A DNA stretch of 63,120 bases, filler included, from Octopus bimaculoides (Eukaryota): NCBI RefSeq assembly GCF_001194135.2. It is 6 parts of 6 records of this genome, joined end to end, with 100 filler letters (N's around TTAATTAATTAA, not from the genome) between each part and the next. Parts side by side here need not be neighbours in the genome. Positions count along the whole stretch, not along the records: positions 1 to 14,780 come from NC_069007.1; positions 14,881 to 19,689 come from NC_068996.1; positions 19,790 to 46,350 come from NC_068989.1; 3 more parts are not named here. One strand, given 5' to 3'. A program made the translations under genes and the position numbers. This document shows, piece after piece, positions 13,641-28,278 of this stretch (position 1 is its first letter; each line of letters begins with the position of its first letter). The notes under the pieces are model-generated. The model was not told the DNA's origin. It was given only the letters and a program-made list of their open reading frames with translations, and did no database searches.

Positions 13641-13873
13641 TGGTAAGCCATTTGAGCGGGGTGGGCTACTCGACCTGAAGAAAATTCTAACTGGGTCCCC
13701 ACCTGCGAGGTCATGCACTGCTTATCTTGATATGCGATCACCATGTAGCGCACATATGGCTGTGATGCATGTGCCTGGTGTACTCTTATCAGACAGGTAG
13801 TCATGATGGGTATACTGGGCTTTGTATATTTTACCCCACTGTCACTTTGATGACATAAACCGCTCTCTCACTC

Positions 13874-13910
<37 letters not shown>
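13641..13910 (+). mobile_element. Retroelement 3' terminus ending in (AAT)n; a second copy lies at about 57382-57455 on the minus strand
   Basis: gtagtcatgatgggtatactgggctt.gtatattttacccca.tgtcactttgatg.cat...ctctctca followed by (AAT)n; the reverse complement matches 57382-57455. Confidence 0.6.
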
Positions 13911-13915
<5 letters not shown>

Positions 13916-14106
13916 AATACCAGGACTTACAAATATATATAACATACAGAAAATTGCACTACTGGGCACTGCACACATTCTACGCAAAACACTTTCAATA
14001 CAGTAAACATAAGAGCACCACAGCAAACCACAGCACATACCCAAGGCACACAGAGCTGCGCTCGGTAGTGAAGTGAAAGCACGTTATAAAAATAAAACTA
14101 CTGAAC
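13911..14106 (+). mobile_element. 5'-truncated R4/Dong-clade LINE (ORF C-terminus plus 3'UTR) inside an (AAT)n array
   Basis: KIPGLTNIYNIQKIALLGTAHILRKTLSIQ* matches the QK..LLGTA.ILRK.L C-terminal motif of restriction-like-endonuclease LINEs. (AAT)n flanks both sides. Confidence 0.75.
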
Positions 14107-14173
<67 letters not shown>

Positions 14174-14780
14174 CGAAAAATACTAACAATAACAACAAAA
14201 GAAACAACAGCAGCTCTATAAACCTGTGCAATTATGAAATCAACAAAATCAGCAACAATTGATATTGTAAGAAGAAGGAGACGAAGATGAAGAAGACGAA
14301 GAAGAAGAACAACAACAACATCAACAACGAAAACGACAACGAGAACAAGAATGAAGGAACAGATGCAAAAGGAAAATAGACAGCTGCAATGTAAGAAGAA
14401 AAAAAACAGCAACAACTGCAACAGTAACAGCAACAACAACAGCGGCATCAGCAGCATCTTCAGGGAGAATGAAAATATGTAAAACGATGTGAGCAACAAC
14501 AACAACACCACTCACACAGGAGCAACTGTCGCGTAGTCACCACCACCATGACCACCACCACCACCACTACCACCGTCGTCATACCATCATCGACATTATC
14601 ATCATCATCGTCATCGTCATCGTTTCCATTATCGCCGTCGCCGTCTTCGTCTTCGTTGTCGCCCTCCTCCTCCTCCTCCTCCTCATCGTCTTCTTCATCT
14701 TCGACGTCGTCATAATTGCCATCAGTTTTAGCTATACCATTGTAGCAGCATCGGATGCAGGCAATGTACCATCATCATCA

Positions 14781-14880
14781 NNNNNNNNNNNNNNNNNNNN
14801 NNNNNNNNNNNNNNNNNNNNNNNNTTAATTAATTAANNNNNNNNNNNNNNNNNNNNNNNNNNNNNNNNNNNNNNNNNNNN
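14781..14880. other. Assembly placeholder gap N44-TTAATTAATTAA-N44; also 19690-19789, 46351-46450, 48728-48827 and 59597-59696
   Basis: Identical 100-nt layout five times; the 12-mer carries stops in all six frames. Confidence 0.95.
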
Positions 14881-14990
14881 TTTTTTCTTCCCGCGATCCC
14901 TTTTGATCCAAATCATCCCCCCCCAAAAGCTCTACTTTGTAATTTGTCCATTTTCTGTATTTAGCCCTGTGTGGCTATAATAAAAAGATA
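14881..14990 (+). mobile_element. 3' end of another copy of the same Tx1-like family
   Basis: atcccttttgatc..aaaagctctactttgta..ctgtgtggctataataaa followed by (TATC)n, matching 17945-18040. Confidence 0.6.
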
Positions 14991-15007
14991 TCTATCTATC
15001 TATCTAT

Positions 15008-15041
<34 letters not shown>

Positions 15042-15100
15042 CTATCTGTCTGTCTGTCTGTCTGCCTGCCTGTCTGTCTGTCTGTCTGTCTGTCTGTCTG

Positions 15101-18045
<2,945 letters not shown>

Positions 18046-18659
18046 TGTATGTATGTATCTATGATAGTAAGAAACTTTTGGGAAAGCTGAGCAGCAGGTC
18101 TTCATAGAAGAAGCCATTAACTCATTGTACTTCAAGGGTTCCAGAACTTGATTCCTGGATACCACGACTGTGGGCATTGCTGTCCGGATCTTCCTGGGAG
18201 ATCAAGGTGCCCGAGAGCCAAGGTAGATCGGACGTTGTAACCACTTCGGCTAAGACAGTGGTTGAACGTAGAGTAAATAATAACTTCTAAAGTTCTATTC
18301 CTCCTTGGTCACATCGAGTTGGAATTCTATTCAGCTGTTTATACCATTGCCGTAAGGGCTCTGATTTTATTTTCTCCCAGAAATAGGGAGACGTCCATGA
18401 GATCGTAGTCAGATTCACCTTGTTGCCATCTCTATAGTAATGACTTTTATTTGGAAGCCAGATTCTATAAAATATATTATTTATATGTATGCATATAAAT
18501 ATTATATTATCTATATAAAGATATATATGAATAGATATTTCATGTATTTATATAATTTATCTTTTATCTGTTTCAGTCAATATACTGTGGCCAAACTGGA
18601 GTACCCCTTTAAAGTTTGTATTTGAATGAACCGATCGCAGTGCTTATTTTTTAAAGGCT

Positions 18660-18748
18660 GATATTTATGTCGAACCGCTAAGTTACCGGGACGTAAAAAA
18701 AACCGACACCGGTTGTCAAGCGGTGTGAGGGCAAACACAAAGTGATAT

Positions 18749-18784
<36 letters not shown>

Positions 18785-19400
18785 TCAATTGCCACCTATT
18801 CATTTGTCACCCGCAAAGCTTTGGTCGACCCGGGCATATAGTAAGAAACATTTGCCTAAAGTTCCACACACTGAGGCTGAAACTGGAACCCTGTGGCTGG
18901 TAAGCAAATTTCTTACCACACAATCGGCTTTGTCCCTGATTTTTATGGATCTTCTATAATAATGAAGGTGTATCCTTTAATTTGCTGCACATACAGAGAA
19001 GAACACTTACGGAACAGATGTTATTTTAATGAGATGCATCTTGTAATCCTGAAGGGACACATAAGCTCCTAAACTAGTTGTTCAGTATCCCACCCGAGAG
19101 GGAACGAGTCTAGATGGGTCGAAACAATTGTAGTGATCCATAAACATTCTCATATCTCCCATCTTCAGTCTCATCAATCGATTTTATTCTCTAATACTCT
19201 TTTATTCTTTTGCATGTTTCAGCCATTTGACTGCGGCCAAGCTGGAGCACCGCCTTAAAGGAATCTATCCCAAGACTTATTCTTTGTAAGACTAGTACTT
19301 ATTGTATGTGTCCGTTTTGACAAACCGCTAGCTTACGGGGACGTAAACATACCAACATCGATTGTCAAGTGATGGTGAGGGACAAACACAGACACAAACA
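18660..19400 (-). mobile_element. Two partial SINE family B copies (18660-18925 and 19196-19400)
   Basis: Reverse-complement matches to the family B body. Confidence 0.75.
19021..19165 (+). ncRNA. Second, solo copy of the PLE terminal repeat with hammerhead motif; core decayed, stem II intact
   Basis: ttaatga gatgcatct ... tagatgggtc GAAAC AATT GTA gtgat. The loop-II sequence aligns with the 25766-25710 insert (cctaaa..ag.tg.tcagtat.cc...tagatgg). Confidence 0.55.
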
Positions 19401-19438
19401 CATGCACACACACATCAACACACACACACACACACACG

Positions 19439-19474
<36 letters not shown>

Positions 19475-19924
19475 GGAAAATGAAAAAAAGTCAGAATGCT
19501 GAACTGGAAGCATAATTTAATAAAGATTTTTGGTTTTCATTGCGATGAAGCAAATTATCAAGAAGGAGAATGAAAATGTTTTTTTACAAAGAAGTACAAA
19601 AAAGTACAAAATGAAGAAAATAATATATAAAACATTAATATATAAAAAAAATAAATATACCCATACATTATATTGTCTTTGAGCTTTTGNNNNNNNNNNN
19701 NNNNNNNNNNNNNNNNNNNNNNNNNNNNNNNNNTTAATTAATTAANNNNNNNNNNNNNNNNNNNNNNNNNNNNNNNNNNNNNNNNNNNNTATATATGTTT
19801 CTGTGTGACATAAGGATACACATCTTAGAAGAAAATAACGACAGCAGAGTGCACAGCATACATACGCGATCTGAATGTCGCCTGTACTCTTGACAAGAGA
19901 TGCCAGTTAGTCTTTTACACCTAC

Positions 19925-20025
19925 CAGTCTCGTTTGTATTCGCTGGAATTGCTGGATAATTTGTCGTTCCTTTAAGTATATTGTAGAACGAAAACTTTTC
20001 ATAGATGGAATATAAATCCTAATCT
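19925..20025 (-). CDS. Weak candidate internal exon (IRIYIPSMKSFRSTIYLKERQIIQQFQRIQTRL)
   Basis: Acceptor tttctatAG, donor ctg|GTAGGT, a single open frame ending in phase 0, compatible with the terminal exon. Confidence 0.15.
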
Positions 20026-20539
20026 CTATAGAAATCTATTGTTTCAAGAAAAAATTGAATTTGAATTCCTCTTAAGTTCTACGATTATAGCTAACAACTC
20101 GGGCTGTAACTTTTGGACCCGGGTCAGGCGCGTGTGAAAGGATGTCGAGGAAACGTCTGCTACGAATAATATTTTTTAACACAGCGCACCTCTAAGACGA
20201 CCGCCAGACACATATAACTGCTACCCAGATATTTACGTTTCCGTTCTTAAGAACGGGAACGTGAAACTCTGAATGGCACTGTTTTGTGATAGTTTTGTGA
20301 TTCTTTGCAGCTTTAATAATAATAAAATATATTGATAGTGACTTCGATCTTTCAACCAGCTAAGTAATCATTGATTACGGTTCAGTTGAACGAGTCTTCG
20401 AAGTCAATGTCAATTCACTTCTTGAAGAATAAATATGTACTCTTTCAACAGTTTAATCTGGTTTCTTTTATCATAACATAAAAATAAACATTAGTATACA
20501 TATGTGTGTGTGTGTGTGTATGTGTGTGTGTGTGTGTGT

Positions 20540-20571
<32 letters not shown>

Positions 20572-21328
20572 NNNNNNNNNNNNNNNNNNNNNNNNNNNNN
20601 NNNNNNNNNNNNNNNNNNNNNNNNNNNNNNNNNNNNNNNNNNNNNNNNNNNNNNNNNNNNNNNNNNNNNNNNNNNNNNNNNNNNNNNNNNNNNNNNNNNN
20701 NNNNNNNNNNNNNNNNNNNNNNNNNNNNNNNNNNNNNNNNNNNNNNNNNNNNNNNNNNNNNNNNNNNNNNNNNNNNNNNNNNNNNNNNNNNNNNNNNNNN
20801 NNNNNNNNNNNNNNNNNNNCACACACACACACACACACACACACACCCACACGTGCCCGCGGAAACAACCATCCCCATATGAACGTGGATTCGAGCTCTT
20901 CAACATCAGACTAATTAAATCATTAAACTAATTGCTTTAACGAACATTCCCAATTTAATTGAATATCATAAAATAATTAATTTCCGAATGTGCAATCGTA
21001 TGATTCGAATTACATATGTTTTGTAAGGTAGAGTCTATGCCAGTCTTCTAGTCTCGCAAACTGGATTCGATTTGGGTTTGCAAATATATCTTTCTATATG
21101 TTTAACTCTAAATTTTGAGAAGTTTGTGAATGATACAGACTGGGTGTGTGGTATAAAGTTTGCTTCTTCACTACATGCTTCTGGGTTCAGTCTCACTGAA
21201 TGGAATCTTGGCAAGTGTCTTCTGCTGTGGCCTCGGGTCGACTACCATCTTGTAAGTAGATTTGGTAGTCGGACACTGAAATAAACCCGTCGTGTATCCC
21301 CCCCGCACATATATATATATATATATAT

Positions 21329-21366
<38 letters not shown>

Positions 21367-21652
21367 CTTACTACTCTGCCTTGCCCGGTAAAGTATTCAC
21401 GGAATTGTTAACCAGTTTGTAGAATGGGAATTCACGGTACATATGCATGTATATATATTTAACCTAACTTCTGGACTTATTTAATCGAAACTATCCAAAC
21501 AATAGTAATCAATTTACATGAGTAGAAGCATTATTTTAACAATTTCTATTCTGAAAATCATCGGTGAACGTGCAAGATGTATGAACTTGTATATGAAATG
21601 GACGTGTCTGTGTGTGAGTGAATGTGTGTGTGAGAGAGAGAGACAGATACAG

Positions 21653-21701
<49 letters not shown>

Positions 21702-22314
21702 CACTTACACATACATGAAAACCACACGTTCATCCACTCACACACACACACACACACACACACACTCTCTCTCTCTCTCTCACGCACACACACATGCACA
21801 CGTGCCTACAAAAAAGATGTACGATTATGTATTGATGTATGTATATATGAAAACACACACCTTCACTCACTCTGTCTATCTTCCTCTCTCTCTTTCACAC
21901 ACACGTCCATTTGAAAATAAATATGTAAAAAACTTAAGACAAAATATACTATTTCTGAAATATTTCAGTTATACACAAACATCCCAAGAGTTTTAGTGTC
22001 ATCAAGATACATGCTTTTAATCCATGCTTTTAATGATGCTTTTAATCCAGACTCGTTTTTTTTTTCAAATCTCCGATTTCTTCCCTTCTCTCCATTGTTT
22101 TTCTTATTCGTTCCTTTCTGTAGAAGAGCGTAAGCTTGAAATGTCAAAAACTTTTCCATTTTCCCTGAGCGTCAAAATAATACACCTTGTTTCTTGTTCC
22201 CTCACCAGTCTGTTTTCTGTTCTCTCTCTTTCCTTTCCCGAGCGTCTAATAACACTCTCTGTATCACGTCCTCACGTTGTTGTTTTTTGTTATTGTTTTT
22301 GCCTTTTTTTGAAC

Positions 22315-22345
<31 letters not shown>

Positions 22346-22424
22346 CAATTTCGAACTATACATACATATATACACACAGATGCATACACCCATACACACA
22401 TACGTATGACCAGTAAGCACTAGG

Positions 22425-22740
22425 ATTTGCACCCGGTGAGTCCACGAGGCCAAGGGGTCAGGGTATTGCACTTGTGATCGCAGGATCGTGCTTGCAAATT
22501 CTAGATTCCAAGACCTGTTGGTACGCTTCATTGTTTAGCAAAACACTTCGTCTCACATTCTTCTACGATCAACTCGACATCTGATGTCTTTTTTGTTACA
22601 CCGGGCACCTATAGAAGCAATGTCGATTTGATGGAGGGAGTGAGGTAATGTACAGTACGAACATTTGATCACGTTAAACAAATCGTCTGTACTCGGTGTT
22701 CAGCAAGAAATTGCAGTACAATCATCTGTCGTCTACGAGA
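22425..22740 (+). mobile_element. Highly diverged tRNA-derived SINE
   Basis: tRNA-like head ggccaaggggtcagggtattgcacttgtgatcgcaggatcgtg..caaattc followed by ttagcaaaacacttcgtctcac. Confidence 0.4.
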
Positions 22741-24014
22741 GAAAAGAGAGAAATTTATTTTCGTCTGTGGCCCAGATGATGTTCTGAATCTTATAACGGA
22801 AATGCCACAGATATCTCTTCTTATCTATATGTAATAAAGACATTTAGCGTTGTATAATAAAACATGGAAATTTTGAAACCACCAAAAGAATAACAAAATG
22901 ACAGCGTTTATCACAAAATTAGCTGACACATGTCATTTCAAAGTGGTGAAGGCTTTTTTTTTTTTTAGTTTGTTTTTGTTTTGTTTCTGGTTTATGTATA
23001 CTGTAGCCGCTAACTAGACCAGACCAGAAAAGACCAGATTTAGAACAACTTACGGGTTCAACATTTGAAAGGTTTATTGATATCTATAAAGTTTCCATTC
23101 CTTTTCATTCGTTAACGTAGTCATTTGGTATATTCGTTTCCCCAAACCGAACCGTCAATTGCAATTATTTCACTCATTTTCGCATAGACATACACATATG
23201 TATATTTTTATGTGGATGTATTCATGTATATATATATACACAAATGTATATATATATAAACAAATGTATATNNNNNNNNNNNNNNNNNNNNNNNNNNNNN
23301 NNNNNNNNNNNNNNNNNNNNNNNNNNNNNNNNNNNNNNNNNNNNNNNNNNNNNNNNNNNNNNNNNNNNNNNNNNNNNNNNNNNNNNNNNNNNNNNNNNNN
23401 NNNNNNNNNNNNNNNNNNNNNNNNNNNNNNNNNNNNNNNNNNNNNNNNNNNNNNNNNNNNNNNNNNNNNNNNNNNNNNNNNNNNNNNNNNNNNNNNNNNN
23501 NNNNNNNNNNNNNNNNNNNNNNNNNNNNNNNNNNNNNNNNNNNNNNNNNNNNNNNNNNNNNNNNNNNNNNNNNNNNNNNNNNNNNNNNNNNNNNNNNNNN
23601 NNNNNNNNNNNNNNNNNNNNNNNNNNNNNNNNNNNNNNNNNNNNNNNNNNNNNNNNNNNNNNNNNNNNNNNNNNNNNNNNNNNNNNNNNNNNNNNNNNNN
23701 NNNNNNNNNNNNNNNNNNNNNNNNNNNNNNNNNNNNNNNNNNNNNNNNNNNNNNNNNNNNNNNNNNNNNNNNNNNNNNNNNNNNNNNNNNNNNNNNNNNN
23801 NNNNNNNNNNNNNNNNNNNNNNNNNNNNNNNNNNNNNNNNNNNNNNNNNNNNNNNNNNNNNNNNNNNNNNNNNNNACACACACACACACACACACACAGG
23901 CACACACATACACATACACATGGTGTTTGTTTTCCTACGTTAGCTTGTAATTCCGCTAGTGATGTTTCCTAGGATCACTGTGGTTTCGAGTTTTTTTTTT
24001 TTTGATCCTGCAAA

Positions 24015-24421
24015 ACTTGATAAATTAAGTACCAGTTACACACTGGGGTCGATGTAATCGACTTAATCCCTTTGTCTGTCCTTGTTTGTCCCCTCTATGT
24101 TTAGCCCCATGTGGGCAATAAAGGAATAAGAAACGTTAGCACGCCGGGTGAAATGCTTAGTGGTTTTTCGTCTGTCTTTACATTCTGAGTTCAAATTCCG
24201 CCTAGGTCGATTTTGCCTTTCTTCTTCTCGGGGTCGATAGATTAAGTACCAGTTGTGTACTGGGGTCAATCTAATCGACTGGCCCCATCCCCAAAATATT
24301 TGGGCCTTGTGCTTAGAGTAGATATGAATATACAGACGCTCCTAAGGCGGCGAGCTGGCAGAAACGTTAAGCACGACGAGTGAAATGCTTAGCAGTATTT
24401 CATCTGTCTTTACGTTCTGAG
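24015..24421 (+). mobile_element. SINE family C, 5'-truncated dimer plus adjacent head fragment
   Basis: Reverse complement of the 5220-5668 consensus. Confidence 0.85.
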
Positions 24422-25134
24422 TCCATAAAAGATCCGATATGCAAGTCTTGTTAATATTACTCGACAGTGCAGCAACCAAAGGTGTTCTGTTTCTCGATGC
24501 AAAGAAAATTGAACGCTTGAACCTATTGGGTATGAAAACCAACTTATTACTCGTTCTGAGACACTCAACTCAAAAAGGTTATTGACTTCAAGTATCATGT
24601 GTTTTATATATATATATGTATATATATGTGTGTGTGAGCGTGTGTGTATGCATACATACATATTTATATGAGTGTATGTATGACTGTGTGTATCTGAGTA
24701 TGTCGAGTGCCGCACTAAGAACCTTGAGGTTTTTACATCTGTCCTGCTTTGTTCGTTACAAAAGAATGTTGCTGAAGTTAAACTCTGCTTTGTATTCCTC
24801 TGGACTTGTCTCGTGTCGTTGTAACATGTAGAAGCAACACTAAACTAGAATGACTTAATCCACAATACATCTTTTGTACAATATAAATCTCTATATCAAT
24901 GCGATAACTTTATATATATGTGTGTGTGTGTGTGAATAGCACAACCTCTTAAACAACCGGTTTAGTTTTCGTTATACTGAAACAATGAGGCGTGTCAGTA
25001 TACGCCATTACAGTTCACATACTGTCTTACATGCAAATATCATTGTTTTCAAATAGAAATCTTTTGATCCTGGCTCAAAAGTTATGTGCGTATCCATGTT
25101 TGTCTGTATGTGTATGAGTGTATATTTGTGTGTG

Positions 25135-25169
<35 letters not shown>

Positions 25170-25251
25170 TGTGTGTATGTATGTATATATATATATATAT
25201 ATACACATATATACACACGTGGGCCAAAAGTCAGGCACCAAATATTTCACA

Positions 25252-25317
<66 letters not shown>

Positions 25318-25419
25318 CATTATTAATAATAATAATAATAATTTTGTTCATCATGTACAAGTACATGTGTATTCGTCATTATTTTATTCAGTTTTAGGGA
25401 AAAAATTAATCATATTCTT

Positions 25420-25602
25420 TGACAATTTCGGAGCATATTGAACTTATTTTGTGCGTGAGTTCAAATTCCGCCGAGGTCGACTTTGCCTTTTATCCTTTCG
25501 GGGATCGATTAAATAAGTACCAGTTACGCACTGGGGTCGATCTAATTGACTTAATTCCTTTGATTGTCACCTCTGTGTTTACACCCCTGTGGGCAATAAA
25601 GA
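25420..25602 (+). mobile_element. SINE family C unit; others at 9255-9420 (+), 35160-35312 (+), 37812-38036 (-) and 51725-51925 (-)
   Basis: gagttcaaattccgccgaggtcgactttgccttt.atcctttcgggg.tcgattaaataagtaccagtt. Confidence 0.85.
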
Positions 25603-25649
25603 ATATATATATATATACACGCACATATATATCTTTGATTAATGTGAGA

Positions 25650-27160
25650 AACAGAAGGTGGAAGATATGAGAATTTTTATTGATCACTACAATTGTTTCT
25701 ATCCATCTAGCGTCGATCCATCGCGTGTGGTATACTGAGCATCTGCTTTAGGTGTATCCGTCTTTGTAGATGTGCCTCGTCAGGTGATTTCAGGAGGTAT
25801 CTATTTCGCAAGATTTCTTCTTGGTTTTCGTATATAGAAATGGTAAATTAAAGTATACAGCTTAATTCTTCTAGAAAAGTGGATCCAAACCTGGGGTCCA
25901 CAAAGGTAGTACTGGAAGTCCGTGAACTAAATTCAAATTACGGAAGGATATATATTGCTACCAAGTCTGTGACGTGTGCAGGATCGGATGATGCCATCGC
26001 GATATAGAGAGCACTCTCCCAGTCTGACCTATTCCATCATTTACCATCAAAATCTATTAAAGTGGCATGTATAATATCTTTCACGTCGAGATAGATCTGA
26101 GTTTTTCATACTATAAATCAGGACTCTATTGTGGCGTAGTAACTCTCTATATCCAGTTGTAAGAATTTACTAGTTTTGTTAATTTCTAGATGTTTAAACC
26201 ATCCAATAACCTCTCGGGTATCTGACCATTGGGCTAATTTTAGACTGAAGGGCGGGCATACTCTATCAATGATCTTCTTACCAATAATCCCTATATCAGA
26301 TTTAGATGGATAAATCAATCTAACAAGCGAGGGTCAGTCAGAAAGTTAGGTTTGTAGTCTTTAAGCGAAATCCGGGTTTTTCTATGGACATAAGGCTCAA
26401 TTCTATCATCAATAGCTAACTTCCTGGCGATTTGTATTCCTCTACTGTTTATTCGTACTAGTGCGTCATTATTAGAGTGTCTATACTTGCCATGTAATTC
26501 TTTTCTAATCATATTATTATAGAACTCATTGATAATGTAAATGTTACTTGCTTTATCTGCTGGTACAAGTATCCCTGGAGCCTTCTCGAAGCTATCAAGT
26601 AATTTCTTAATTTTCCATTAATGTTTGTTGTGCCTTCTAAGGTACTTCCTGAATTTCACTTTAACTATATTATAGAGTTCCTCTTCGAATCTCGTTAGGT
26701 GTTGATTGGTCGATGGGTTTTTCCTTCATTTAAGTACTTTTCTGAGTAAGTCTCCAGGTTCAGGTTTTTCATGTGATATTTCTTTTCTATCAAAGGAGAA
26801 AGCCTTCCACCGCATTCTGCGTATGAACTGGCTGGCTTTTTTTCCGGCTGTTTTTTTTTTAGTGTTCTCTATGGTTATATCTTTTAGCGAAAGGTCGAGT
26901 GTTATTTCTACCATCTTCATGGCACACTACCTTATAGCATCTTACTCCCAGGAATCAGATAGTGATTGTAGTTATTAGTTAAAGTATCGTATGGTATACA
27001 CATGGTAGTTTGCCGGTAAAGCACTGGCTCGGTGTTCGTTGGGTATTTGATTAATGAGAGCGACGGATGATGGAAGATACAAGAATCTTTATTGATCACT
27101 ACAATTGTTTCGGCATGTGATAGTTAGAAAGCAATGAATATACATCTGGCTTACGAAACC
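25650..27160 (-). mobile_element. Decayed Penelope-like retroelement (RT remnant between direct terminal repeats)
   Basis: Minus-strand peptides from ATG 26920: SQFIRRMRWKA; RISLKDYKPNFLTDPRL; IYPSKSDIGIIGKKIIDR; QWSDTREVIGWFKHL..KFLQLDIESYYATI; AMASSDPAHVTDLVAIYIL (about 25990-25950). These resemble PLE RT motifs (LKDHK.NF, FDI..FYPSI, MGS.DGAEVC.LVGLYIL). The direct repeat gaagat..agaat.tttattgatcactacaattgtttc occurs at about 25660-25699 and 27072-27111. Stops and frameshifts throughout; no endonuclease seen. Confidence 0.8.
25683..25788 (-). ncRNA. Type I hammerhead ribozyme motif in PLE terminal repeat, long loop II, basal stem II decayed
   Basis: atcac CTGACGA (25783-25777) ... catcta ... 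tagatg ... GAAA C AATT G TA gtgat. Stem I is 5 bp and perfect, helix III is minimal with a palindromic AATT loop, and the GUA triplet is at 25690-25688. Confidence 0.65.
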
Positions 27161-27311
27161 TCGGTCAAAAAGTTTGGAATTCCGCAACGATACCTTTTCT
27201 CACTAGTTTTATGTGGAATAGTGCAAACACCACAAATTTTAACCAGTCCGTATCGCATAAAATATAAAGCGTTTGCGTCCAATGTTTCTGACCAATATCA
27301 GTGCTAATATT

Positions 27312-27540
27312 TATCCCCTTAAACGTAGATGTTCTGTTAGAACAAACTATACTGCGGTAGATAATGAGAGAAAATCTCATATTGGCTTTTGGTGCAAAAT
27401 GCACCCTTGTTTATATAGCTAGCAGGAAGATACCCCCCCCCCAATCTCCAGCATGGAAATCAACAATATGAGAGTTTCTCTTATGGCATCTACCGCAATA
27501 TAGTTTGTTCTAACAGAACATCGACGTTTAATTGAGGATA
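27312..27540. mobile_element. MITE-like element with roughly 75-bp inverted arms
   Basis: 27312-27384 versus 27463-27540; shared core gatgttctgttagaacaaactata.tgcggtagat. Confidence 0.7.
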
Positions 27541-28080
27541 AACATTACCTCTTGGTATTAATACCGCTTCTGTCGCTAATACATATATTTCTTTTTAACA
27601 AGCCCAATGTCAGTATTTTATTTTGGAAACAGCAGGATTCGTCCGCGAAATACATTTAAGCAAAGGAATAATGATCCACTTCCTAGTCGAAAGTGAGTTA
27701 ACTTACATTATGTCAATAAATTAATGAACCTTTTTACTTCCCTTTGATTCTCCTCTCTCGCTGTCAAAATCACAGCCGTCTCACTATAACAGGCCCTCAC
27801 CGTAAAAGCTTCCACTTCAATCGGTCCGTTTCACCACTCCCTTATTTATTTATTTCATTATGAGTTGATATTACTGTTCTAGGGGGAAATGAAGATGGTT
27901 GTGTAACCTAATGCCCCACACCTGCAGAAGAATTAACAACCCTTTCTATAACAACCACACCTGTAAACACACTGACCGCACAGAAACACGCGTGATTATT
28001 GAGCAGTTGTTTCCTTTTAGTACTTTGTCTCGTTTAGCTGCCTTTTCAGTTATAATGAATTATTCTTTCACATCTTAACG

Positions 28081-28130
<50 letters not shown>

Positions 28131-28222
28131 GTGTATATATATACATATAGTATACACATATACTCATACTCACATATATAAACATATAGTCATATATATA
28201 TATCTGATAATTACATTTGTAA

Positions 28223-28278
<56 letters not shown>

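Noticed and set aside
14825-14836. TTAATTAATTAA recurring five times inside N runs
   Set aside because: Always centred in a 100-nt N44-12-N44 block; this is an assembler gap marker, not biology.
18060-18440. GC-richer segment with faint DIRS-like peptide resemblance on the minus strand
   Set aside because: The resembling motifs overlap in different frames, so it cannot be assigned.
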